Positions 29,001 to 41,794 of a stretch of DNA of 64,000 bases are shown piece by piece. The stretch comes from Octopus bimaculoides (Eukaryota), in NCBI RefSeq assembly GCF_001194135.2, contig NC_068988.1, positions 18,466,126-18,530,125 on the forward strand, given 5' to 3'. The notes beneath the pieces are model-generated. The model ran no database searches, was not told where the DNA came from, and worked only from the letters and a program-made list of their open reading frames with translations. Numbering within the stretch: the first letter of the stretch is position 1; every line of letters begins with the position of its first letter. A program made the translations under genes and the position numbers.

Positions 29001-30402
29001 TGAGTAGGGGGTAAAAGTAAGATGTTAAATCAACAAAACTAATTAGACCTATCTTAATGTTTTGTTTTTATAAGTTTAATAATTGGAATATATAATCAAC
29101 TAGTGCATATACACACTTTTTGAGTATTACAAAGCTATAAGTTTATAAGCTAGATTTAAGCAAACATGGAGAAATAGGCTAATATTAAATATCTCTCTCT
29201 CTCTCTCTCTCTCTCTTGTCACTGGACAGTTGTCATCAACAATGAAGTGAAGCTGTATAAAATGTTCCTACATAACGAATGTATGAAATAACTGCTAGAA
29301 CTACTCACACATTCTTCCATAGCAAAAAACAAAATTTGTTTTAAACATCGATATATAATGCGTATGTGAGTCCAGTTATCTTCTCTTGATATCTGAAACT
29401 CTGTGAAATAAAAGAAAAGCAATGTAAATATGAGAGAGTAACTTCCCTTGGCTAATTCTCTTGTTTTCTCTCTTGGCTTTGTTAAGCATTTTTTTTCTTT
29501 ATTTCATTTTCAATTAAAATAGATGGAAACATCACACCTGACAATGTTTACTGCTTTCTTTGTTATAATTACTAATAGCTGTAGCTGGTATGATATTTCA
29601 GTTATTATCAATTATTAGATAGTTAACCTAACCTAAAATCTAAATTTGTAATATGTAACTAGTTTTATAGTTTACCAACGTTTTCTAATTTCCTAAAACC
29701 TAGTTTTCCAATTTTTTTTTTTTTTTGTTAATTAATAATAATGCTACTATGTTTAAGACTTAAGAAATCTAATTTTTCAATTTTATCTCAATACGAAAGT
29801 CTTAGGTTCAAATTTTTGTCTCCAATTACATTATTATATATAATTTCTGGTGCAGGCATGTGCTAATATAACATATGCTTCAATAGTGGGTTATAGTGTT
29901 AATCTGTTGACCATCACCTGGCACCTTTGTTGCATTTAGTGGTGTTCACTTTTCTGCAAGCATTTCAGTTGGGTTTCCTATTTGAGAATGACTTCTTTTT
30001 CTNNNNNNNNNNNNNNNNNNNNNNNNNNNNNNNNNNNNNNNNNNNNNNNNNNNNNNNNNNNNNNNNNNNNNNNNNNNNNNNNNNNNNNNNNNNNNNNNNN
30101 NNNNNNNNNNNNNNNNNNNNNNNNNNNNNNNNNNNNNNNNNNNNNNNNNNNNNNNNNNNNNNNNNNNNNNNNNNNNNNNNNNNNNNNNNNNNNNNNNNNN
30201 NNNNNNNNNNNNNNNNNNNNNNNNNNNNNNNNNNNNNNNNNNNNNNNNNNNNNNNNNNNNNNNNNNNNNNNNNNNNNNNNNNNNNNNNNNNNNNNNNNNN
30301 NNNNNNNNNNNNNNNNNNNNNNNNNNNNNNNNNNNNNNNNNNNNNNNNNNNNNNNNNNNNNNNNNNNNNNNNNNNNNNNNNNNNNNNNNNNNNNNNNNNN
30401 NN

Positions 30403-30436
<34 letters not shown>

Positions 30437-30560
30437 TATTTATATATATATATTGGTCAGCAGTTCATACATCCAAAACCAAAGCAAACTCTAAAACATT
30501 AAAGCTATAATATACTTAGAAGGCTCCAGTTGTAGAGAGCTTATGTGCCTCAGACTATTT

Positions 30561-30620
30561 GAGTCTGATGAGGCACCTATACAGTTAAGTGATTTATAGG
30601 TACAAAACCAATAGTCACTC
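30561..30620 (+). ncRNA. Minimal type I hammerhead ribozyme relic (G12 to A)
   Basis: GAGT CTGATGA G GCACCTATA-loop-TATAGGTAC AAAAC CAATA GTC ACTC; stems I, II and III pair. Confidence 0.65.
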
Positions 30621-30658
30621 TCTGACCAGCCATAACAAACAACCTTCTAACAATATTG

Positions 30659-30696
<38 letters not shown>

Positions 30697-31615
30697 ATAT
30701 GCATACAATCATCTATTGACAGACAGAGAGAGGAAGGGGTTTCTCCAGAAAATATATGCAGTTAAGTATGTGTTTCTTTTGTTTCACAGAAGCTGAAATC
30801 ATATTCTAAGTTTAGTTAGGAAATAATATAAATTTATGCATAGAATACTACAAAAGAACCTACTTAATTATGTTTTAGGTCAGGATTTATATCAGAGTTA
30901 ACTACTTACATTATACCAGTAACAATTCATTATCAAACATTTGCAAGACTTATATTCACATAAATAATAATAATAATGCATTTTCTTTGTTTATATTATC
31001 AATATTATCACAATGGTTTTTATGTTTTTTTATTACTCTATGTTGCTCTCAATTAAGCCTTCATTATTTTCAGGATGAGCAATGAATTTGTGTGTGTAAT
31101 ATAACCCAAATTCGAAGAGGAATCCTTATAACTTAATAAACTTAAATATCCTTAAGAAAATAATGCAAGCAAAAATACATAAATACCAAAAGGTATTCTG
31201 TTTATTAATTACCAAAATAAATAAACAGTTTAAATTGGTTGAAAACCACAACTAAACATTTTTCAGTAACTCTTATTGGCTTTATTTATTCTATTTATTT
31301 CACAAATAATACACATTTGGAGGGGGTGGGGTTTAACTGATTTTTCAAAAATGTTATTTATTAAGCATTCCATATAATTATCATAATCATTTATATTCAC
31401 ATAAATAATAATAATAATGCATTTTCTTTGTTTATAATATCAATATTATCACAATGGTTTTTATGTTTTTTTATTACTCTATGTTGCTCTCAATTAAGCC
31501 TTCATTATTTTCAGGATGAGCAATGAATTTGTGTGTGTAATATAACCCAAATATTCCATGTTATCATGTATTTCCTAATACTTCTAGCTATTTTTCACAC
31601 CTTCTCAAAGACTCT

Positions 31616-31657
<42 letters not shown>

Positions 31658-31826
31658 NNNNNNNNNNNNNNNNNNNNNNNNNNNNNNNNNNNNNNNNNNN
31701 NNNNNNNNNNNNNNNNNNNNNNNNNNNNNNNNNNNNNNNNNNNNNNNNNNNNNNNNNNNNNNNNNNNNNNNNNNNNNNNNNNNNNNNNNNNCAACAGAAC
31801 ACCATCTATAGCTGCTACTACTACTT

Positions 31827-31864
<38 letters not shown>

Positions 31865-31866
31865 GT

Positions 31867-31905
<39 letters not shown>

Positions 31906-32080
31906 AAGGGAATGATCGTCTTGTGTTTTTATACAGTTTCCAACAGTATTCCACTCACATTCTTTGCGTTAATAAAACAGTAGAAATAAGCATGTGTTTG
32001 TTTTTATTCTTCTCTCTCCCTCTCCCTCTCCCTCTTTCTCTTCTTCTCTCATCCCTCCTAATTCATACACTCACTAAAAT

Positions 32081-32128
<48 letters not shown>

Positions 32129-32727
32129 GCAATAATATTAAAGCTATTAAGTTATATCACAGAAATACAAGATGTTCAAGATATTCTGATATCAGAAAAA
32201 AGCTACATTACTTCACTTTGTACATCATTATAAAGAGAATATTGTAAACATATGCCTGAATGCATCAGAAAATTATAGTTCGGCAATTGTAACAAAAATA
32301 ACAATGAGCTCAAGATCAATAGGATTAGAATTGAAGACATAACTAACTAGATTAGGCATAAAGTCATTATCCATAATCACTGACATGTCAGCCCTTTACT
32401 GGAAGCAAATTAAGATATTGCTATGCATACACATATAAATGCATACATACACACACCCACACATGCACACATACACATATATAAGTATATATTAATGTGC
32501 GTGTGTGTGTGTGTGTGTGTGTGTGCATATACATAGAGAGGTTGTATACCCACAGCCACTGGAGTCTGACAAGTCACCTATAAAGCTAAGCACTTTATGG
32601 ATGAGAAACCATTGGTCACTCTATGACCAGACATATATTTAACTCCAGGAGAATACATTACAGCTCTAACTGTTAAACTGTGCTTCTTATTCAGATATAT
32701 GATCCACTGACAATATATATATATATA

Positions 32728-33096
32728 TACCAACCACATGGTTCTGGGTTCATTCTTACTGGGTGGCACTGTGGGAAAGTGACTTCTTCTATAGCCTCGG
32801 GTCCACCAAAGCCTTATGAGTGGATATGTTAGACAGAAACTGAACAAAGCCCGTCGTATATATATATATATATGTGTGTGTGTGTATGTGAGTGTGTGTG
32901 TGTATGTGTGTGTATGTTTGTGTGTCTGTGTTTGTTCCCCCAACATCGCTTGACAGCCGATGCTGGTGTGTTTATGTCCCCATAACTTATGTCCCCATAA
33001 CTTAGCGGTTCGGGAAAAGAGATGGATAGAATAAGTACTAGGCATACAAAGAATAAGTCCTGGGGTCGATTTGTTCAACTAAAGGCAGTGCTCCAG
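32728..33096 (+). mobile_element. Family B SINE, 5' and 3' truncated, with an internal 15-bp tandem duplication
   Basis: Matches the 44.3 kb copy; TTATGTCCCCATAAC occurs twice. Confidence 0.8.
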
Positions 33097-33582
33097 CTGG
33101 CTATATGACACACTATCTGTGTCCTTATATTTTCTAACAAGGGAGTTTAGCATCCCCACTCAGCACAAAACAATACCTGTGTATTGTGATTTGCCTTCAT
33201 CAGCATAGAATAACTGCTTGGCTAGAGGTGATGCTGCTAAATTCTTGCTCTAAATATATATAGTTTTTAAAGTGACACACAATCATTCATCTAATAAAAT
33301 AGAGAATTACTATTTGTAGATTTCCCAACAAGAGAGTACTGAGATTTACAAATAGTAATTTTCTATTTTATTAGATCAGTAACTGTGTGTCACTTTGAAA
33401 ACTATATATTTCGAACAAGACTTTAGCAGCACCACTTCTAGCTAAAAAGTTATTCTGTGTTGATGATGAGAAATAACCCAGACATCGCAATACACAGATG
33501 TTGTTTTGTGCTGAGGAAGATGCTAAACTCCTATGTTCAAAAATATAAGGAGACAGATAGTGTGTTGTATAACCAGCTGGAG
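33091..33582. mobile_element. ~490-bp imperfect foldback element
   Basis: Arms CTCCAGCTGGCTATATGACACACTATCTG... and ...CAGATAGTGTGTTGTATAACCAGCTGGAG pair along most of their length; centre near 33330. Confidence 0.8.
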
Positions 33583-33683
33583 ACGGTGTTTCCTGGGGCT
33601 AAATAGCAGTAGCATTCATCCTAACTAGGATGGCCACATTATGTTGGCAAATAATTTTTACTCTATGTATAAATGCATATATA

Positions 33684-34258
33684 TTAGGTTGGCAACTAAG
33701 TTCCCGCCGTTTTTTTTTTTTTTTAATTTTTCAAAAGGTTTAATAAAAAAAATAACAACTAATTAATCAATAATGTATTCACCCTTGTTGTTTACAACTT
33801 CTTCCCAACATTCAACAAGATTTTCAATACCTTGTTGGTAGAAATCACCTGATTTCGACTCGAAAAATTGATCCAACCAACCTCTCAATTCTGCATCAGT
33901 ATTGAAACTCCACGCACAGCATTTGAAAGAGATCGAAAGAAGTGGAAATCTGTTGGTGCCAAATCAGGAGACTATGGCGGGTGTGGCAGCACTTCCAAGC
34001 CATGCATTTGAATGGCTTCCTTGGTCATATTGGTGATATGAGGGCGGGCGTTGTCATGCAGCTGAAGAACTCCATGCTGCCAATTAGGTCTTTTCTCTTG
34101 AACAGCCATGTTGAGTTGTTCAATCTGTTGAACATAGAGTTCCTCATTGACCGTTTGGTACTGTTCAAGCAATTCACGATGGATAATCCCTTCCCAGTCC
34201 TACCATATGCACAACACCGTTTTGCACGGATGAAGATCTTGTTTCATACGTACAGATG
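33684..34258 (-). mobile_element. Mariner (DD34D) transposon 3' half with TIR; pseudogenised transposase
   Basis: KQDLHP..LCIW*DWEGII..HDNARPH...HPP*SPDLAPTDFHFFRSL...GEYIID*; 34 residues between the last two catalytic D; TA + TTAGGTTGGCAACTAAG TIR at 33682. Confidence 0.9.
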
Positions 34259-34908
34259 GTGAACACACAGAACAACTGCTGGCTTGCCATGTCCCCAAAA
34301 CGTCCCAAGAGTGATAAAAATCAAGCATCTAGTCAACATCATGGTTTTTAGAGTGATCACTAGTAATGGTGACGTTATGCCTCCAGTCATCTTCCTACAT
34401 GGCCTCAGACTCAATACCGAGGTCTACATCAAGTGCCTGGAGGAGGTAGTGCTGCCTTGGGTGAAGAGAGTGGCTGCTGGAAGACCCTATGTCTGGCAAC
34501 AGGACTCTGCACCATGCCACACAAGCAGGAGAACCCAGTCATGGCTGTCATACAATTTCTGTGACCACATCACCCCTAACATCTGGTCACCTACCTCCCC
34601 AGATTGCAACCCTCTTGATTATTATGTGTGGGGCATAGTTGAGTGAGAGACCAACAAAACTCCTTGTAACACCAAAGATGAACTGAAGGTAAGGATTATG
34701 GCAGCATTCACCAACTTAAACAAGGAGACTGTCCAGAAGAGATGCAGGAGATTCCAAAGTCATCAGGAGACCGTGGTTGAAGCCAATTTACTTTTCAGCA
34801 TTTCAAGATATTTTTGTGTAATTTTGGTAAATATATCTTTTAAAATGAGATGTCAGTGTTATTTTCACTTTTGCATAATTTAGATGACAATATATTCACC
34901 ACACTGTG
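34253..34908 (+). mobile_element. maT (DD37D) Tc1/mariner transposon 3' half; pseudogenised transposase
   Basis: QNNCWLA...IMVFRVITSNGDVMPP...WQQDSAPCH...WSPTSPDCNPLDYYVWG; 37 residues between the last two catalytic D. Confidence 0.9.
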
Positions 34909-34943
<35 letters not shown>

Positions 34944-35677
34944 NNNNNNNNNNNNNNNNNNNNNNNNNNNNNNNNNNNNNNNNNNNNNNNNNNNNNCACT
35001 GTCTGTTTTTTATGTTTTATTTATATTCCTGCAAAACCAATGTGGGATATAGAATATGGAATATACAATATATAATATAATATACAATATATAATATAAA
35101 ATAAAAATGGATGGTACTATGAAATAAAGTATTGAATGTCTTATTGAATATATGGAATATGTCTTATTGAATAGATGAAATATTCAGTGTTCAATATAAA
35201 GGATTAGATATATAAAGGCGAATACGTATTTTCTATACCTTGTGGTATTTCATCATGACCGAGGAGGTTATCGCTAGAAATAGTAGGTAATTGAATTAAT
35301 TCAGAATCTTTTATATGAGTTACAAAATGAGAGAATTGCAACAGATACCATACAGTTTTCAGTGATTTAAAGTTTGAAATTATTATCACCTATGCCTTGT
35401 TCCTGACTCATTGCATCATACCAATTTTTTTTTTCTGTAAAAAATACAAATAAATTGAAAAAAACAATTCTACTGCTGCAAATATGGTATTTCAACAGAT
35501 ATCTGCATTGGGAAAACAGATCTTCAAAAGAAAGAAAAATAATTTTAAATATGTTCTGTTAAATATCCACAAAATATAAATCTGGATGTTATTCCATGTT
35601 CAAGAAATTCAAAAATTGCTTGAAGATTAAATTAACAAAACTGTTATTAACCAGAGATGTAAACCATTACAGATATA

Positions 35678-35850
35678 TACGAGGGAATGTTGAAAAGTTC
35701 TTGGCTTTAAGAGTTTTGCAAAAGGTCTGGTTGGAGGCCCAACTTTCCAAGTTCTTTTACAGGGCTTAGAAAAAACTGAAGGACCATAGCAAGAAGTGTG
35801 TACATCTGAGAGGGGAATATGTTGAATAAAATCATAATTAACTGTAATGT
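35678..35850 (+). mobile_element. Internally deleted mariner derivative
   Basis: TA-CGAGGG..TTGAAAAGTTC terminus followed by the transposase C-terminal peptide KKCVHLRGEYVE*. Confidence 0.6.
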
Positions 35851-36176
35851 TATTATCAGTTCAAATATGTGTGGCATGTATGGACTCATAAATAAGCCAT
35901 TCACAGTTTTGTCATGAAGGAAATTTCTCACTGTAGATAGAATGGTGTTAATACCCCAATATCAGTTCACAGTGCCACCTATCTAGACTGACATACAAGC
36001 ATTTTGGAGTATTTATCTCCTCTTCAGTCACAGACACTAGGCAGGGGGATGCTGTGAACTAATAAAAGAGATTGTTTCTCTTATAATATTTCAATCACCA
36101 TCTGGTGACTGATTAGCACTATGCAACAGCTGACCATAAGCAAATAACAGAGGGGGAGTGCTAAGCAGTGAAGTCT

Positions 36177-36483
36177 TTCGTTGCCCTTTCAAAGCCAAGC
36201 CAGGCTCATGGGCCCAGTATCCCGGTTTCTATGGCGTATGTGTTTCCCCGTAGCTGGACAGGATACCAGTCCATCGCAGCGTTACTCAAGAAACAGGAAG
36301 AAAGAGTGAGAGAAAGTTGGGGCGAAAGAGCACAACAGGGGTCGCCACCACCCCCTGCCGGAGCCTCATGGAGCTTAGGTGTTTTCGCTCAATAAATACT
36401 CACAACACCTGGTCTGGGAATCGAAACCACGATCCTCCGACTGCGAATCCGCTGCCCTAACCACTGGGCCATTGCGCCTCCAC
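36177..36483 (-). mobile_element. Family D tRNA-derived SINE, alternative-tail variant
   Basis: Head GTGGAGGCGCAATGGCCCAGTGGTTAGGGCAGCGG; 14-bp TSD AAGC(A/T)GTGAAGTCT at 36163-36176 and 36484-36497. Confidence 0.9.
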
Positions 36484-37736
36484 AAGCTGTGAAGTCTAGG
36501 ACAAGAAATTTTCTCCATGACAAAACACAATGAATGGCTTATTTACAAGTCTAAATGTATCACACACATACTTGAACTGGTAATAACATTAGATTTATAC
36601 ACTTCACTGCTTAGCGCTCCCCCTCTTTGCGTAATCAACTGATCCTCCTGTACTTTCTTTTACCCAAGGCCAGAAACTTTTCAGCGCCTTATCATATGTG
36701 TTAAGTTTCAGCAAGGAATTGTATAGAAGAACTGCTCTTGTATGTAAAAGCTGATCAACCAAGGAAGAGAGGTCATTCACTGGAAGACAGTTTGGAACAA
36801 AGTATATGTAAAGAGAAGGACAAGCAGAAGAGATAACTTGATAGATTGACAGCTTAAAGTTGTTTTTTGTTTTGTTTTTCCTAATTGCAATTTTACTGGA
36901 AATATTTTTTGAACTGATTTAGCAGCAGTAAGGTATTGAATAAAGTTTAAGAATGAATTTGTTTCAATTCTTATTTTCAATTAGAATTTGTAACTTTTTC
37001 CTGTTGATATCTGTTTGCAAGAGAAATCTGAAGACCAGTATAACATTATTCATCATTTCGCATTTTGTTTCAACTGGATTCAAAAGAAGGGATTTGCATC
37101 TCCTTCAGTTTTGATTCTCCAATTTAATAAGTTAGATTTTTATGATTAGAATATTTGGTGAACAATTTCCAAATTATACTGTTATAATCAAAAATATCTC
37201 ATAAATTATCATTCTTTGTGTAAACATGTCAGGGATTTATTTTTGATAAAGAACTCAAAGGAAGATTGAGACTTCAGCTTTTACAAACCAAATTTTTCTG
37301 CTGATTTAGTATCACTGTGAGTATGCATTTTCACAATTTAATTATTTCTCTTTCATATTTTGAAACCTTGTAAATGAATGATTGTAATCAATTTATGTTG
37401 CTTTATTTTTTATTATACTATAATTTAAATTAATTTACCTATCCAACAATATTTTTGTTTCTTTCCTGATATTTACTTTGGAAAATACCAGACATTTGTG
37501 TGAGTGGTTCCTAACTTTTGCTATGCCCTGCACTTAAGGAAATTTTCACAACACAAAAGTAGTGTCATTTATGAGATAGGAAAAAAAACATGATTCATTC
37601 CTGTAATAACTAATTTACTTTCTTAAAATTTTAATACATGCAGTCTGTGGATGAACATACTCAACATAAAATTAATTTTTTCACTCAGTACAAAAAATGT
37701 AAATTAAGCAATTAGTAAAAAGAACTAACTGTAAGC

Positions 37737-37874
37737 CAGTCATGGGCAAACTGTGGACTTTTTGAATGGCACACCTAAAGAAAAATACCTTGAATTGTTT
37801 TAGAAGTGCAGCACACCTGATAATGAGTCATGTCTCATGCAGCTAACTTTTCAGAGAAGGTTGCCTGTGCTTGT
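37737..37874. mobile_element. hAT-type MITE relic
   Basis: Ends CAGTCATGGGCAAAC and GGTTGCCTGTGCTTG form degenerate CAGG/CAGT-type TIRs. Confidence 0.4.
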
Positions 37875-38631
37875 TGTAAATAGTGAAATCAACTCCAATT
37901 ATGAACATAAAATTCAGTAGCTTCATTTTTTTTCTGCTTCTCATTCATGACTTTATCAAAATTTAGAATTATGTTGCTGATTGTGATTGTGGATTAGGTG
38001 ATTCCTAAATGTTGTTTTGACTGTCAAAAGAGAACTGAATTTAGATTAACAGAAATATGATATTACAAAGTGGAATAAGGCCACGGTTATCGGTTACAAT
38101 CTCTTAAGAGTAAATGTATTTATGTGGAATTATAAGATTCTTCATTTATTCAATATAATGAAATTACTTTCAAGATTCCATTAATAATTCAATTCTGAAA
38201 AGTAATTCTAATTAGATATATAATTTCCTTTTTTTTCTCAACTCCCTGAAATGTTATCCCCTTAATCCCCAAGGGATGTGGATACCCCTGAATAGGAACT
38301 CCTCATGAGTGATATCTTATAGTAAGAGAAGAAACAATTAAACAAAATGAAATGTTCCTATAAGAATTTCTTAATGGCAAAACTTTCATCATTACTGGTT
38401 CTCTTTAGGACACATTGTTAACGGTTCAAAATATTTAAATATTTAGTGATAACACTAAAAATGATTCATTACTACAAACAAATATCTCCTCTCTCTCTCT
38501 CTCTCACTCATTCTCTCTCTATCTATCTTTCTCACTATCTCTCTATTTCCCTCGATGTTCCTACTTGCCTATTCTTTTATCCATTTCATCTTGCCATACT
38601 TTTGTGCTCATTGTCTATACTTTTAGCTAGT

Positions 38632-38669
<38 letters not shown>

Positions 38670-38951
38670 TGAGAAAGTTGGTATGTGAAAGCACTGGTTG
38701 GATGTATAAAAGATAATAAGAGTGAAAAAACTACAGAAGGCTTGTGTTACATGGTTAAAGTATATATTTAAATTATGTCAGAAAAATGTTATAAAATTTT
38801 TTTGGTATATAAACATTGTATTTGGAGAAATAACCGGTTTCGTGTTGTCTTTACAAATCTCTCTACTTCATTGTAACATGTGTTCGCTATATATGTATAT
38901 ATATATCCAACCCATACCAGTGTGGAAAACAAACGTTAAATGATTATGAGG

Positions 38952-38993
<42 letters not shown>

Positions 38994-39059
38994 ATACACA
39001 CACGTACACACACACACACATATATATATACACATATATGTGTGTGTGTGTATATGTGC

Positions 39060-39112
<53 letters not shown>

Positions 39113-39797
39113 TGCATGTGTGTGATAGAGATAGTGTGAGTGATATTATACAATATTAATTAAATATAATATTTTGATCTAATATAGATAACAAACACAT
39201 CTGTTTGTAGCCAACTCTGTCTTTCAATAATTTCTATGCCAATTCAATTTTTCCATATATTCTAGTGTATCTATACATTTAAACTTTTTAAGAATCCACA
39301 TGGTTAAACATTTGCTTCAAATAAATGGTGATTGACTGTCATCAGAATTAACCTGCAAGGATTCTCAAATATCAGGTCCACAGATGATCTCCTCACCTTT
39401 ACTATTCCAGAATATAATTAATCTAAAGTCAACAGATTAGATCTGCAGCCTGAAAATCTATTTAATCTTTTTAAACTCCTACATTATTGATTAGAACTTA
39501 ACTCAGCTAAATTCCTTTAATAGACAGCTCCTTTGCATGTCATTTTTGACATATGTAAATAAAGTCCTTTTCAGCCTAAAGGTCTACATCTCCATCTAGC
39601 ATACACAAAAAATATGGTAACCATTCGGGTATCAAACAAAATGCCTTGTAGTTTTCAATTACAATCCTTTACATTCTGAGATCAAATCCTATCAAGGTTA
39701 AGAGATAGCTGAATTCAAACCTAAATTGTCGAGCTGAAAGTAATACACTACAAAGCATTTTTTCTTCTGGTCTAGTAATTTAGCCAATCCACCATCC

Positions 39798-39848
<51 letters not shown>

Positions 39849-39865
39849 TAGATATTTCATTCGTT

Positions 39866-39904
39866 GAACAATATTTCAACAGTACGTCTGTCTTTGTCAA
39901 GTTC
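39866..39904 (-). ncRNA. Decayed minimal hammerhead-like motif
   Basis: Minus strand GAAC TTGACAA A GACAG ACGTA CTGTT GAAAT ATT GTTC; stems I and II pair, core mutated. Confidence 0.4.
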
Positions 39905-40194
39905 AAAATAAGAGGTGATAAAAAATTCAAAATTTCAGAAATTTAAACGTAAAGTATGAACGAGAGCAACCAGCGTCCATATGTTGACGGAATGACTTCA
40001 TCAGTTTTTAAGTTTTATAACAGGTAAAAAGAAAGAAAAAATAGAAAAAGGAAGACGACATTCTCCTTTTTTTCTGACGTCTTCCTGTCATATAGCCAGC
40101 TGGAGATGATATCTCTTGGGGCTAAATTACAGCAACATTCGTCCTAAACCAGGACTGCCATGTTATGTCGNNNNNNNNNNAAGTACTGTTGCTG

Positions 40195-40500
40195 AATACC
40201 TCTCGTTGTGAGATTTACAAATAATAATTTTCTAAAGTTGACCTTGGTGGAATTCGAACTCAGAATCAAGCGACAGGCTTCGTCCAGCATGCTAACGATT
40301 CTGCCAGCACTAATGGTTTCAAATTTTGCCACAAGGCCAGCCAATTTGGGAGAGGGGATAAGTCATTGACCCTAGTATTCAACTGGTACTTATTTTACCA
40401 ACCCCGAAAGGATGATAGGAAAAGTTGACCTCGGCAGAATTTGAACTCAGAACATAAAATTGACCCACCTTTCAAATTGTAACCTTGCGCCAAAATTAGA
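40195..40500 (-). mobile_element. Two adjacent partial family C SINEs
   Basis: Reverse-complement family C cores (AAGTTGACCT.GG.GGAATT.GAACTCAGAA twice). Confidence 0.7.
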
Positions 40501-41794
40501 AAGAATTATTATTATGGCCATGACAGATGAAGACGTATCTCACAGAAGTAGGGCCTGACTGGGACACTACTCAGAGCTGAGGGTTACCTTGGATGACCTG
40601 AACAAATACTGACAAATAGTGGATACAACAGTTCACTCCAATGGCACATGTCTCCATACCTAACCTGATTATTATAATCATTATTTTTTCTAGCTGGAAA
40701 TATTGGTAGATGACATACTGCTCATCACTACTACCAATCAGTTGGCATCTGCCATCTTTAATATTGGTTCGTATTTCATTAAAAATACATTTTTACTTCC
40801 TGCCATCCTATATATAATGTTGCTGAAGCAATAGACTAAGTAGCTATATAATGAATATGCTATTCTCTTGTGCATGCTTGTTCCGCTGTAGCAACTGTGC
40901 TAATGCAGCAAAATTTTGTCACTGTTGCACAGATGAAAGCATTATTTGCTACATATGCAGAATTACAAAGAGCGATGCCTTCAGGTTAGGATTATAAACA
41001 TCGATATGGGAACTAACAATGCTGGAGATCTTTGAAATAGGTTTAAAGAAATAAAATACGATGTTTTTGTTGAATATGCAAATCAAAAGAGATATTCAAG
41101 CATTTTGGATGTACTTGGTGTTGGTCACTGTTTCATGAAAGATAATGGAAATGTTTCAGAACTGATGGTGTACAAATGATGTAGACAACCAGGAAAAAAA
41201 AAAAAAACAAGCAAAAAACAGGTGTGGAGGAAATTTTGTGAAAGTGATGGAAACATATCGAAAGCAAATGTATTAAGTATATTAAAAAAAGAATAGTGAG
41301 ATAAAATACTCAGAAAATAAATCTTTATTAACCCATTACCTATCAGTGATCTCATATGAGATCACTTAAAATTTACAAATTTCGTAAGTATCTGTCAATA
41401 TTTACATATTTGTAACCTTTTTGCTATATCTACTAGGCATATTTCTCTGATATTCAAATGAGGTTTGCTAATTTTTCACCCAATATCTCGCTTATTTCTA
41501 TTTAAAATATTATTTTGAAATGTTATTTTGATCATTCCAGCGTGTTTCTAAGGCTGTTTTATGCTAGAAATCAAAGTTTCACAAAAGAATTCCAGTTAAT
41601 AGAATTATGGGAGGTAATGGGTTAACACAGTTTTCAAATGACAATGACTCAATTGACATATTTTATGAGGTCAATTGAGTCATCGTCACTAAAAGAAGTA
41701 GATCTCTTTCATTCTTTGTTTCAACCATTGGAGTGCAGTGGGTCTTGGACATTGCGTCGAAAGCTTTTGTCAATCAAATTAAATTAAACTCTGC

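Larger units (their letters stand above)
14566..31500 (+). other. Candidate very long 3' UTR or repeat-depleted region
   Basis: Follows the putative stop codon; very AT-rich with many T- and A-runs; only one recognisable SINE (23165-23385) in ~17 kb. The UTR call is inference. Confidence 0.3.

Noticed and set aside
36600-37316. Possible untranslated exons ending at ACT|GTGAGT (37316/37317)
   Set aside because: Donor only; no supported start, ORF or partner exon.
38825-38865. GAAACCGGTT on the minus strand with possible stem I
   Set aside because: CUGANGA and stem II are not recoverable.
40860-41350. Cys-rich and Trp-containing peptide fragments suggesting a transposase relic
   Set aside because: Multiple stops and no diagnostic motif.
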